Shown: positions 26,777 through 37,200 of the stretch, piece by piece
Layout: each line of letters starts with the position of its first letter
Position numbering within the stretch: the stretch's first letter is position 1
IMG/VR virus record: IMGVR_UViG_3300032286_000443
Location: 1-60,102 of that record
Strand: one strand, 5' to 3'
DNA from: a virus
Taxonomy: Duplodnaviria > Caudoviricetes
DNA: 60,102 nucleotides
Notes under the pieces: model-generated
What the model was told of the DNA's origin: nothing
The model's database searches: none
What the model saw: the letters and a program-made list of their open reading frames with translations, nothing else
Made by a program: the position numbers and the translations under genes

Positions 26777-28071
26777 ATACTCTCCTCAAACTTACCACCT
26801 GCATTTGGCGGAATACTGTCTTTGTACCAAGTAACTCGCACAGGAGCAAATTCTTCAATAGCATTGCTAAAAACTTCTGCTAGATCTTCTCTCTGTTTAT
26901 CAGTTAGAGGTTCATCTGTAACCACACGGAGTTCAATATCGTCTAGAGCGTGTTGTACAATTTGCCATTGTCGCACAGGTGCTACTTTTTGCATTTCATA
27001 ACGGCCCGCTCTAGGCCAGAACTTGTCGCCATTGGGCAGTTTAAGCAGATTACGCTCACGACCTAACACTCGGGTAAATGTCCTGTGATTACGACCGCAG
27101 GCACAATCTCCGCCCACAATGGCATAATCACCTATGTCGTAGCGTATAATAGGATTAGCTGTATTATACAAGTCCGTGATAACGATGCGACCTTCTTCAC
27201 CTTCTTGACAAGGATTACCGTCTTTGTTTAGAACTTCAACTATCAGCGTTTCCATCATAGTATGATAAAGTTTGCTAACAGGACACTGAATAGCCACAGT
27301 TCCTGTTTCGCTACAGCTATAATTGTCTTCGATCTCTAACCCACTAAGGGCTCTAAATCTATCTCTCAACTCGTCACTAACGGTATCACTGATGTTACGG
27401 CAATGTTTTAAGTTAGTCAGTGTGTAGCCTTTTCGCTCCCACAGGGTAACAAATCCCATGAGCACACCAGCGTGTAGGATCATAATATCTGGTTGAAATT
27501 CTTCAACTGCTTTTAATTGTTCTTCTGTGGTTAGCCACACCGGTAGGCCTTGACTTGCGCCTGTGTTAACAAAAATACTCATCGGAGCACCCCACATGCT
27601 GTGTTCTACTCTTATCTTAATACCTGCTTTGATAGCAGTGAGTTTTTGATCTTTGGCATTGCGTCCCCACCAACTGTGATCACGCATGGTCATAGCATGC
27701 CAAATGATATTATCTAGTTGTGTCTTTAGTGTAGTAATGGGTTGTCCCGTTGATCCGCTGGTACTAATTTCTCTAGCAGGTTTGTGTACATCTGGCACAT
27801 TTACGGCAAAAAAATCCTTGCCGGCATCTTGTATATCACGTTTGGTCATAGGGCGTAGTTTTTTTAGCCCTTCCAGTGTGTACAAGTCTTTAGGAGATAG
27901 TCCTTGATCAGCAATGTACTTTTTGAACCAAGGACTTTGTACTGCATGGTGTAGTACAATCTTCTTCAAACCCATCTCTTGTATCTTTTCTAAATCTGCT
28001 AGGCTGTACCACTGTGTGCGGTCTAGATAGCCTGCCCAGTCTTTGATTTCTTTTGCTAGTTCTTGTGTCAT
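26761..28071 (-). CDS. Phenylacetate-CoA-ligase-like (PaaK/CapK) adenylate-forming enzyme
   Basis: STSGSTGQP, YSCSETG, PIIRYDIGD, LGRER, GGKF motifs. Confidence 0.88.
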   Translation of the reverse strand: MTQELAKEIKDWAGYLDRTQWYSLADLEKIQEMGLKKIVLHHAVQSPWFKKYIADQGLSPKDLYTLEGLKKLRPMTKRDIQDAGKDFFAVNVPDVHKPAREISTSGSTGQPITTLKTQLDNIIWHAMTMRDHSWWGRNAKDQKLTAIKAGIKIRVEHSMWGAPMSIFVNTGASQGLPVWLTTEEQLKAVEEFQPDIMILHAGVLMGFVTLWERKGYTLTNLKHCRNISDTVSDELRDRFRALSGLEIEDNYSCSETGTVAIQCPVSKLYHTMMETLIVEVLNKDGNPCQEGEEGRIVITDLYNTANPIIRYDIGDYAIVGGDCACGRNHRTFTRVLGRERNLLKLPNGDKFWPRAGRYEMQKVAPVRQWQIVQHALDDIELRVVTDEPLTDKQREDLAEVFSNAIEEFAPVRVTWYKDSIPPNAGGKFEESICLVN

Positions 28072-28072
28072 A

Positions 28073-28843
28073 TTATTTTTTAAATGTTAATATTGGGCAA
28101 CAGTAGGCTAGGTCATAATTGCCTACATCAAGGAACTGTACTTCTCTTGCTCTGCTAGGAATAATCTGTTCTAGTTCTTTGCGTGTGGGCAAACAACTTT
28201 GTAGTTTGCTGTTAGCGTAAGTATCAATCATTTCTAGTTCTTGCTGTGTCCAAGGCAGTATACTACGATCTGGAAACAACTCATCAAATACTGCTGTGAT
28301 GTTGCGTGTATGTATAGTCTGCCCTTCTATTTCTGCTAGGTACATGGTTAACAAACGACGATATGCTGACCAATTAATTGTAGGATTAAGTCCTTCTCTA
28401 CGTAGGTCATCCAAGGTGACGGGTGTATCTGGACGAGTGTACATACGGCAGGCAAAGACGCCTCCGGGTTCTAACCAGTCTAGGATACGATCTAATAACT
28501 CGAGTTGATCGTGTGGAAATGCCACTTGATTGATACTGCCATCTCCCACAGCACCGCCAAAGCGTTCGTGTGGAAACTGTACCTTTAACCAATCGTTGTG
28601 TATTACTCGTTTGGTTGTTGTGTCGCCTAGCCAAACATTACTGATCATGCCTGTCTCGCGTTCTACTGCTACTAGATTTTCAAATGCTTGAGTTAGTTCA
28701 CGGGTAACACCCAGCAATAAGATATCGCTGGTGGTATTACCAATTAGGTCTTGTATTAGCTGTACGGCCGCAGGATCGGGTCGTAGTGGCGGTTGGCTGC
28801 GGTTCCAATGTTGGCTGCGTTGAGCCCAGTGTGAGGTTGTCAT
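28073..28843 (-). CDS. Class I SAM-dependent methyltransferase-like protein
   Basis: ILLLGVT, LVAVE, GDGSIN, LEPGGVF motifs. Confidence 0.7.
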   Translation of the reverse strand: MTTSHWAQRSQHWNRSQPPLRPDPAAVQLIQDLIGNTTSDILLLGVTRELTQAFENLVAVERETGMISNVWLGDTTTKRVIHNDWLKVQFPHERFGGAVGDGSINQVAFPHDQLELLDRILDWLEPGGVFACRMYTRPDTPVTLDDLRREGLNPTINWSAYRRLLTMYLAEIEGQTIHTRNITAVFDELFPDRSILPWTQQELEMIDTYANSKLQSCLPTRKELEQIIPSRAREVQFLDVGNYDLAYCCPILTFKK

Positions 28844-28893
28844 AGCAGTATTTAACTGCTATGATAACTCCCTTTACAAATTATTGATATCTA

Positions 28894-31800
28894 TTATGGA
28901 TTTAGTGGATTAATGTCGTAGGCAGTGTAGGCGTTATTGCCATTGACAATCCAACGACTACCGTTGCTGTGGCTTTCTTCCACTTTTAATAGTGTAATAA
29001 AGGCGCTGCCGCCGCTGTCATAGAATCTAAAACCGTTGATATTGTTATCACTGCCTTCGTTGCCATCTAATGGTGGGCAATATAGGTTAGTTCTGTAGTC
29101 GTCTTGTGCCGCTACAATATACACACTGCCACCACTGATATTAACCACAGTGATCATTGTGCCCACTGGGAATTGTACTTCACTGTAGGTTGGAACCTCA
29201 ATGATCTGGTCGTTGTTTTTTACATACAGGTGCTTGCCAGAGTCGCTGAGTTTCAACTTGGTGTATTTGTTATAACGATTTAGTCGAACTTGTGGCAAGC
29301 CCTGTCCACTTGTGGTCTGTACTGTACCGTCACCAAATACAATACCAGCATCACTCTTGGTATACACTGGGTAGTTGCTGACAGGATCAGATACAATCCA
29401 ACTTCTGATGTGTTCTCTGTCTGTGATCGATGATAGCAAACTTGTAGCAGTAGTCACTTCATATGATCTAGTCACAGGAGCATCAAAACTACCATCGCCG
29501 TCGCCACCATTAACGTTGTAAGATACTGCATTTACAGCAAACGGTCCGTGATGAGTGTCTTCTGCACTGCCATCTGCTGGTAATGCCACTGCCAGGGCAT
29601 TGCCTTCAGTACCATCCATGTCAAATGTGTAATGTCCAACATAATACTTGTCATTGTCTACAGCAATAGATCCGGTATCATTCTGAAAACCTGTATATAT
29701 GTCTCGACCTTCATGAGAAGTTTCTTGTTGCCAAATTGTGTCACCATCTTGAATGTCCAGTTTAGCAGTCCAGGAAACAGAATCTTGACTATCATAGTTG
29801 ATCGTATTAACATAGATGTTGTCATCGTTGTCTAGAGCCAATCCACCTCCAGCGCCTTCACCGCCATCTAATTGGAATTGCTGAGTCCATAAAGCGCTAC
29901 CGTTAGAATCCAATCTTTTAACTGTTTGATTCCATTGTGAGTTGTTGTTATCCCAGTTTAAAAAAGATATGACTACACGGTCTTCACTGTCTACTTGTAG
30001 GCCACTAGGGTTGCCTTCGTAGCCGTCTATATTGTAAGATTTGCTCCATACTGCGGTACCGGTACTGGATAGTTTAGTAACCACAGCACGCTGATCATAA
30101 TTGGTGTCTGTACCTACAACTTGTTCGTCATAGATACTGCTGAACCAGTATAAGTTTCCTTGACTGTCATAATCAACTGCTCTACCTTGGTCATAGAAAG
30201 ATTTTTGTATCCACTGAGCCCAAACTAGACTAGTACTGGTTGTGGCTGTGGACACAAACTTGGCCAAGAATGAGTTGGCATCTGTGAAGTGATCTAGCGT
30301 GTAGTTAGGACCGCCTGCGGTAAAGTTAGCACCAGTAAACTTCAATCTAATATAGGTTAATGGGCTTGTACCACGAGCCGTTACAGCATAACCAGTGTTT
30401 TCGACTGGCTGTACATCGCCCGTAAATCCCCCAACCTGTAGAGCTGTGATCACAAGATCTGTAGCGGTACTGGTACCGCCGAACTGTGTTCCGGGGAATG
30501 TAATCACATCGCCTGCTACATAGTTAGTGCCACCGTTACCGTGATAAACTATTAAGTTATTAGTTGAAGTATTGGCGTTAACTTGTACACCAATGGTAAA
30601 TCCACTACCTACTTGATAGTTAGTACCTGTGACTATTGTGTAAGTGCCCGTAGAGCCACCACCGCTGCCATAATAACCAGCAGCCACTGTTTCAATAACA
30701 CCGTTTGTTGCTGATGTGACTGTAAGGATAATGTCAGCATTGGTGTCAGTACCGCTAAATGCTGTGTAAGGCAATAAAATCTTATGTCCTGTTCGATAAT
30801 TTGTACCACCAGCATTTACAGTAGAACTGGTAATAACGCCGACACCGTCGATAGTTATATCAAATGCAGCACCGCTACCTTCTTGGACTACGCCTGTAGC
30901 AGTAGTATAATAATCAATCTGGCTAAGATTATTGCCAAGAGCTAGTTGCCAACCTTCAGTGCCTCGACTCCAGCTTGGAGCTTCTTCCCCGTCAAATAAT
31001 GTTCTAGGGACCATTACAGTATCAACTGTGCTAGTTGATGCTAGCATGGTGTTGGTCAGTGTAAAGGATATAGAGTTATTGCCTTCTATACTACCAGTGA
31101 TGAATCTTTCACCTAGAGTATTGATTGCCATGCCTCTGACAACAATGTCAGCTGGTCCACTATAACGATGATCTTCAACAACACTGCCATCAAGAGGATT
31201 TAGGTCAACAATCAACATCTGTTCGCTATTGCCTTCGCCTGAATCTGCACATACAACCACAATGTTGCCACTGGCTGGGTCGTAGGCCACTGTTGTAGCC
31301 GGTCCATACACAGCATCATTTGTATATAGATAGTTATTGCTTAGGCGAACTTTCCATTCTACCTGTCCTTGAGCATTGACTTTGACCACCAATGGCATGA
31401 ATGAGTTGCCATTTGGGGTGCTGTTGTCGTGCCAATTCCACACACCGACATAGTATTGATTACCATCAGCATCTGTGGTTACACTATTAAAATAGTTGCC
31501 AATATTGTTGATGTTGTAGCTGTCAAAATAGCCAACAACATTAACACTGCCGTGTGCAGGGCGAGTAATTTCAATGTTACCGCCAACCGGTAATGCTAGG
31601 TCACCGTTGGGTTTAAAGTCCCACTGATTGGCACCCGAGGCAAACAATTCAACAACAACGTTAGTTGCTGTATTTGTTGGTAGATATTGGTCGGTGCCGG
31701 TCACTGTGATAGTTGTAGTGGTGTTTATGGTATAATCAGTGAAGTCTTCTATCTGGGCTTGTGCATATGCACTACCATGTTTGGTTTTCTTGTAGGACCA

Positions 31801-33303
31801 CCCTGCTAGGTCCATTTCTAGGCCATTGGCCGGAAGTTGTGCTAGGAAACTGTAACTGCGTATTTCATTGTCTTCAACACGACTATATTCGCCTGCCTGA
31901 CCTGCTACTGTAACATAATCGCCGTGAACAGCAATCAATCTACCAAAACGTGTTTCCTCATCTTGACTGTTGTCTGCATTGCCGTTTGGGTTAGCATAGC
32001 CCCATAGCATTTCTGGGCCAAAGTTGTTGCCCCATAGGACCTTGCCAGTATCTGCTTCATAGCAGGCTAAGACAATTTCTTGTGTAGTATATCCCTCAAA
32101 GTTATTTCTTGTAAAATCTTTCTTGTAGTACTTGCGTTCAGTTTGGAATGTGGCATACAATTTGCCTGCCTTGTAGACCACTGATGCGCCTAGGTCGTTA
32201 CAGTCACCGGGTCCTACGATTCTGCTCCACTGAACAACACCGCCGCTGTTCATCTTTAAGATCAATCCAGCACGACCGTCTTCTGTATCACCTTGTATAT
32301 CTACAACAAAGTTAGGAACTACATAACTGCCCACAAAGTAGATGTTTCCGTCTGCATCTGCATCAATACTGCCCAAAGTTAGTTCATAGCCATTCCACTC
32401 GCTTTCTTGGTTGCGTAGAGTCTTGCTCCAGACCGGACTACCAGATGAAGTCAATTTAGCAATATTAGCCTGTCCATTGTTGTCATCATCGTCCATACCG
32501 GCAATGACAATATTATCAGCACCGTCGATAGCCAGGCTAGGTTGCCAGGCATTAGAATTTCGACCCATGGTCTTAGTCCAACTCACAGCACCAGTGGTAC
32601 CTACAACCTTCATAGCAAATACAGCTTCATAATTGCTGTTATTTGGATCGTCTCTTAGGCCAATAACGACGATATCATTGTTGCTGTCAACGGCCACATT
32701 TCCGCAGTCTACATTTATATAGCTGTCAGTGTAGGTCTTTTGCCAAATTACCTCACCTTCCGATGTATACTTGGTAATGAGGAATTTATCACTGTCCCAA
32801 TCATTTGTGGTTACGATAACATTGTCATCGCTGTCTACAGCCACGCCTTCATTACTAGAGTAGCCCTCTACTGATAAATTGCTTATATATTTGTCCCATA
32901 ATACAGCGCCTTGACTGTCGAATTTGATTAGGTATCCTATGCCGGCACCACCACCATTGTTTAGGTCATAGCCAGTTTCTTCCCAACCGCATAGGTACAG
33001 GTTACCTGCACTGTCATAAGCAACACCACGAGTACCTGCCCAGTTTGATTTAGCTTTGACCTTGCTGATCCATGTTTCTGGATCTTGACTAGCAATGCTG
33101 ACACCTAGTTCACCGTTGATTTTTTTACCAGTGACTTCTAAATCACCAAAAGTGTATTCTAGTCCGTTCCAAGGTGTAAGACCATCACCAATTTTAGTTC
33201 GGCGTGTGCCTGATTCAAGACCCATTTCACCTGCGGCTAATATAGGATTTACATTAGCCCAGTTTGCTTTGGTATCTCTGCGTAATTTGATTCTTGTTGT
33301 CAT
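28894..33303 (-). CDS. Tail fibre/adhesin with Mtd/hyaluronidase-type N-terminus and beta-propeller repeats
   Basis: RIKLRRDT..NW..NPILAAGEMGLE...KIGDG.T.W..L.Y; many VAxDSxGNxY...KxxSxGxxxW blades. Confidence 0.85.
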   Translation of the reverse strand: MTTRIKLRRDTKANWANVNPILAAGEMGLESGTRRTKIGDGLTPWNGLEYTFGDLEVTGKKINGELGVSIASQDPETWISKVKAKSNWAGTRGVAYDSAGNLYLCGWEETGYDLNNGGGAGIGYLIKFDSQGAVLWDKYISNLSVEGYSSNEGVAVDSDDNVIVTTNDWDSDKFLITKYTSEGEVIWQKTYTDSYINVDCGNVAVDSNNDIVVIGLRDDPNNSNYEAVFAMKVVGTTGAVSWTKTMGRNSNAWQPSLAIDGADNIVIAGMDDDDNNGQANIAKLTSSGSPVWSKTLRNQESEWNGYELTLGSIDADADGNIYFVGSYVVPNFVVDIQGDTEDGRAGLILKMNSGGVVQWSRIVGPGDCNDLGASVVYKAGKLYATFQTERKYYKKDFTRNNFEGYTTQEIVLACYEADTGKVLWGNNFGPEMLWGYANPNGNADNSQDEETRFGRLIAVHGDYVTVAGQAGEYSRVEDNEIRSYSFLAQLPANGLEMDLAGWSYKKTKHGSAYAQAQIEDFTDYTINTTTTITVTGTDQYLPTNTATNVVVELFASGANQWDFKPNGDLALPVGGNIEITRPAHGSVNVVGYFDSYNINNIGNYFNSVTTDADGNQYYVGVWNWHDNSTPNGNSFMPLVVKVNAQGQVEWKVRLSNNYLYTNDAVYGPATTVAYDPASGNIVVVCADSGEGNSEQMLIVDLNPLDGSVVEDHRYSGPADIVVRGMAINTLGERFITGSIEGNNSISFTLTNTMLASTSTVDTVMVPRTLFDGEEAPSWSRGTEGWQLALGNNLSQIDYYTTATGVVQEGSGAAFDITIDGVGVITSSTVNAGGTNYRTGHKILLPYTAFSGTDTNADIILTVTSATNGVIETVAAGYYGSGGGSTGTYTIVTGTNYQVGSGFTIGVQVNANTSTNNLIVYHGNGGTNYVAGDVITFPGTQFGGTSTATDLVITALQVGGFTGDVQPVENTGYAVTARGTSPLTYIRLKFTGANFTAGGPNYTLDHFTDANSFLAKFVSTATTSTSLVWAQWIQKSFYDQGRAVDYDSQGNLYWFSSIYDEQVVGTDTNYDQRAVVTKLSSTGTAVWSKSYNIDGYEGNPSGLQVDSEDRVVISFLNWDNNNSQWNQTVKRLDSNGSALWTQQFQLDGGEGAGGGLALDNDDNIYVNTINYDSQDSVSWTAKLDIQDGDTIWQQETSHEGRDIYTGFQNDTGSIAVDNDKYYVGHYTFDMDGTEGNALAVALPADGSAEDTHHGPFAVNAVSYNVNGGDGDGSFDAPVTRSYEVTTATSLLSSITDREHIRSWIVSDPVSNYPVYTKSDAGIVFGDGTVQTTSGQGLPQVRLNRYNKYTKLKLSDSGKHLYVKNNDQIIEVPTYSEVQFPVGTMITVVNISGGSVYIVAAQDDYRTNLYCPPLDGNEGSDNNINGFRFYDSGGSAFITLLKVEESHSNGSRWIVNGNNAYTAYDINPLNP

Positions 33304-33306
33304 TGT

Positions 33307-33513
33307 TTATGCTCCGGCACCGTCTATGGTGTTATCTGTTAAATCGTTATATACTGTAAAGGCATCGCCGCCTTCTGCCACTGAATTTGCTTGCCCGTGT
33401 ACTACAGGCCATGCTGTGCTCCATCTATTCCCTACCCAGACATAAACTGCTGCGTTATTGGGAATGTATTCCTGCCCTACTGTGGGATTTTGTGGAAATG
33501 TTATTGCTGTCAT
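33307..33513 (-). CDS. Small virion protein
   Basis: MTAITFPQNPTVGQEY...YVWVGNRW motif; start moved to ATG 33513. Confidence 0.65.
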   Translation of the reverse strand: MTAITFPQNPTVGQEYIPNNAAVYVWVGNRWSTAWPVVHGQANSVAEGGDAFTVYNDLTDNTIDGAGA

Positions 33514-33529
33514 ATCTGTATTTACCCTA

Positions 33530-34270
33530 TTATAGTCCGAATCTTGCTCGTAGAACATTATAGTTATGTAGTTGTTCTTGGTCTGTTAGCACTCTGTCAT
33601 ACATTAGAACCACTGCAATCTTACCTTGAAAGCCGCGATTCTGGTACCAACTGGTACCAATCCTTAAATCTGAAGGCTCGGGGAATCCTACGTTGTTTTT
33701 TGCTCCGCCCATGATGTTCCAGCCTGCCACTGTGGTGTCGCTGACCTGACCGTTTATGTAATAGGTAGTTGGATTGTCGGCCCAATCGTCTCCGTTGCCT
33801 GGATTGGCCGCAACCCAAGGTCCTGTACCGTTGACACCAGTGTAGAATCGCATACTCTTGTCTGTGGTCATGCCAAATAGCCCACCAAATCCATTGGCTG
33901 CAAAATCTGGTTGGAATACTATGGTAAAGACTCTATAGATGCGTTGTTCAGTTATATTGATGAAATCATCAGCATAGGTATTGCTGGGCCAGGTAAAGTA
34001 ACTGGCTGCTCCAGCATCAGTCCAGGTTATACTGTAACTTGGATTTTGAACATAGCCGGCTTGGGCATAGGGATAACCCGCATAGGTAGACAAATCATCA
34101 ATTGGGTTTAGATGTGGTACTATACCTGTTGCTCCGGTATAGCAGTAGGGGTTGCTGGCATCTAGATGTAGCACCAATCCACTGCTGACAACGGATGGCG
34201 GGATATAAGGATTAGCATCTAGTACTACGCCCGGGCCTATGGTAAATCCTGAATTTAATATTAGAGACAT
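33530..34270 (-). CDS. Concanavalin A/LamG-like lectin domain protein
   Basis: GLVLHLDASN...FQGKIAVVLMYDRVLTDQEQLHNYN. Confidence 0.8.
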   Translation of the reverse strand: MSLILNSGFTIGPGVVLDANPYIPPSVVSSGLVLHLDASNPYCYTGATGIVPHLNPIDDLSTYAGYPYAQAGYVQNPSYSITWTDAGAASYFTWPSNTYADDFINITEQRIYRVFTIVFQPDFAANGFGGLFGMTTDKSMRFYTGVNGTGPWVAANPGNGDDWADNPTTYYINGQVSDTTVAGWNIMGGAKNNVGFPEPSDLRIGTSWYQNRGFQGKIAVVLMYDRVLTDQEQLHNYNVLRARFGL

Positions 34271-34273
34271 TAA

Positions 34274-37200
34274 TTATCCTTGTGCCACACGTTCAATATT
34301 CACTGACCATTTATTATTTGTAGCGCCGACATAAGTTATACGATATAAACTACCCGTTCCACCTAATTTGAACACGCTGACCGTGGCAACTTCAAACTCG
34401 TTGTCTAACGGAGTAGCACTGATATCTAACCAGTCACCTGGCATTACCCAGTTTGTGCCGCCTTGTCCAAAACTACTCATAGTAGCACCTTTATTTCTAA
34501 CACCGTTCCAAGCAAATGCTGAACCTTGTCCAATTGTTTCTACAATAGTTGAACTAATCTGCATAGTGCCGGTGCTGTTAATTCTAGCAAGTAATGTATC
34601 TAGTTGAACCACTGTTCCCGCGGCCTTGAACCACCCTGTGTAAGTAGATGTGTAAGTCGGTGTAGGAGCGCCTGTTATATTACTGTAGGCAACGGTTCCG
34701 GTATAGGCTGTGGTCTGTACTGTGCTATCAGGGAATCTCATATTACCGTTGGGCAAGAAAGTCCAAGCGGAACCAACCTGAGAGCCAACATCAGTGCCGG
34801 TAGTGGCTGTGATAACAGCTCCAAAAGCACCTACTTCAAAACTGGATTGAGTTGGATGTAATGCGATGGTGCCAGTTGTTGCCCACTGTAATGCCACGCT
34901 GGTATCACTCTGTATGATGAGATATTCACCAGGAGGTGATTGAAGTGTATTATCTGGAAACGCTGTTGTACCATCTGAGTCAAGGGTCCAAGTTCCGCCA
35001 CCTGGAACTGTTAAGTCAATGCGTTGAGCAGTTACAGTGTAAGGAACATATCCGTTCAGTGCGTGATTGAGAGCATCGTTGGCAATGCCATATGTGGCAT
35101 CGCCTGTGCCTATACCAAATACACTACCAGCACCGCCACCGTTGGCAATCTTTAAGGTATAATTGGTACTAGAAGAATGGTCGGTTAAAGTCTGTCCATC
35201 AAACTTTGAATTGTTAGGGAATGTTAAATTACCATCTGTGCCAAAGTTCCAATAATAAAGATTAGATCCTAGAGAAACGTTGCTAAATGATTCAATTGTT
35301 ACAATGCTCGGGCTACCGGCAAATGTTGGTAATGTTAATGTACCATTGGCACCAAATACCCAAGTGCTAGTATTAGTACCATCACTAGCAATGACTGTAA
35401 CATCAGTACCTGTGCCGCCACCTCGAATTACAGGTGCGTTGTCTGGTAATGTTAGTTCACCATCAGGGCCAAAGAGCCATTGTTTATCAATTACTTCTAC
35501 TACGATACCTCCGTCACTGGAGATGGTGAAACCTTGTAACGCTTGTATTTGGCAGTTATTACCGCCAAACAGTATTGGACCACCATCTGGCAGTGTTAAA
35601 CTACCATCTGTGCCAAAACGCCAAACATATTGTTGGCTAGTTCCTGTGCTTAAATCTCTAGTGCCAATTTCAACACCGTAATCGTTCGTATGTCCTGCCA
35701 ACTCTGACATAGAATTGCCACGCTGTAGCACATAGTTGTAGTCATCACCAAAGTATAGATCTACATCAGTAGATGATGATGCCTTCATAATATGGAAGTG
35801 ACTTGGTCCGCCCGGTTCTGGTAATGCGCCAAACTCTATATTTCCACGACTCGTTGCCATTGTGACAACACCACTATCAACTATAGATACGCTGTAACTA
35901 CCTGAATTTATAGAATTAGTAGATGCACTACCACCGCCTAACACACTAATGCCGTTGCGTTGGATATCGCCCGCATTTGGTAGCATTAGTACGCCATCTT
36001 TATTAAATTTCCACCTGTATTCATCAGTGCCGTCGTCTGTTTCAACAATAAATCCAGAGTCGTCAACATACGCCCAGTTATATACAGCAGGCCCGTCGTC
36101 GATGTCATCAACAGTTACCACACTGGTATCGGGAACCCACATTAACTGTGCCCACTTCTCACTAGTCAATCCTACTCCGGTGTCATAAGCGTGATCTCCT
36201 GTGATAGAAGTCACACCATCGCCCCCAGAGAGGCCTTCCTGAACTGTGGAATATTCGAAACTAACGCTACTACCACTGCCAGTTACTTCAGCACCATTGA
36301 CCAATAGTGTGCCAGTGTTGCTGATTGTGAGTGTACTACCGTTGATGTTTAGTATATCGTCATCGATAGTAATATTACCGAGATATGTTTCAGGTCTCGG
36401 AACTATTGTAGGACTAGCATCAATCCACTGGCCATTATACTTGATGTAAGTTCGTCCTTCTTCACTGTTGAACCATAATTGTCCGTTGACTCTTGTAGGT
36501 GCTGTGCTGGTAGTTGCTACACGGATTACAGAACCGTTGACATCTTGTATGTCGTCTGGAACTGTTAGGTTACCGTTCGCGCCAAATTCCCAAACGTTCT
36601 GTACTGTTAGACCAGTAGCTAATCCTGTTGCTATTTGTACAGTACCACTGCTTGATGCTAATGGACTATTAAGGATAACTCCCGCAACTTGTGTTTGTGT
36701 GCTTGTTGAACCTATAGTTGAGCGGTTGTCTACCCATACTAAAGAGACCGAACCTCCTGATCCTTGTGCTCCGACGCCTATTGAGGCGTTGTCACTTCCG
36801 TAGATGCCTTGGCCACCGCCCTCGTCACCTATAGTCATGCCACTAGGGACTGTCAGCACACCACTTTTATCAAATTGCCAAGAGTATCCGTCTGCGTTGA
36901 TCTCTACACCCACATTTGTTAAAGTTGAATAATAGGGTAACTTAACATAGTTGTAGTCATCACCAAAGAATAAATCTACAGTGGTAGGGTCATCACGCAT
37001 GATGTGGAAATGACTTGCCAAGGTCGGCACACACTCCGGAGTATTACCAAATAGTACTGTGCCGCGGTCGGTAGTTAGTTTAATACCGTCTAAGGTGCCG
37101 CTACCGATACTCTGTCCATAGGGTAGTGTGAAGGTACCACTGTTGGTAAACTTCCAAGTAAACTGATCTGTACTATATTTTGTACTGATCGTAGCACCAT

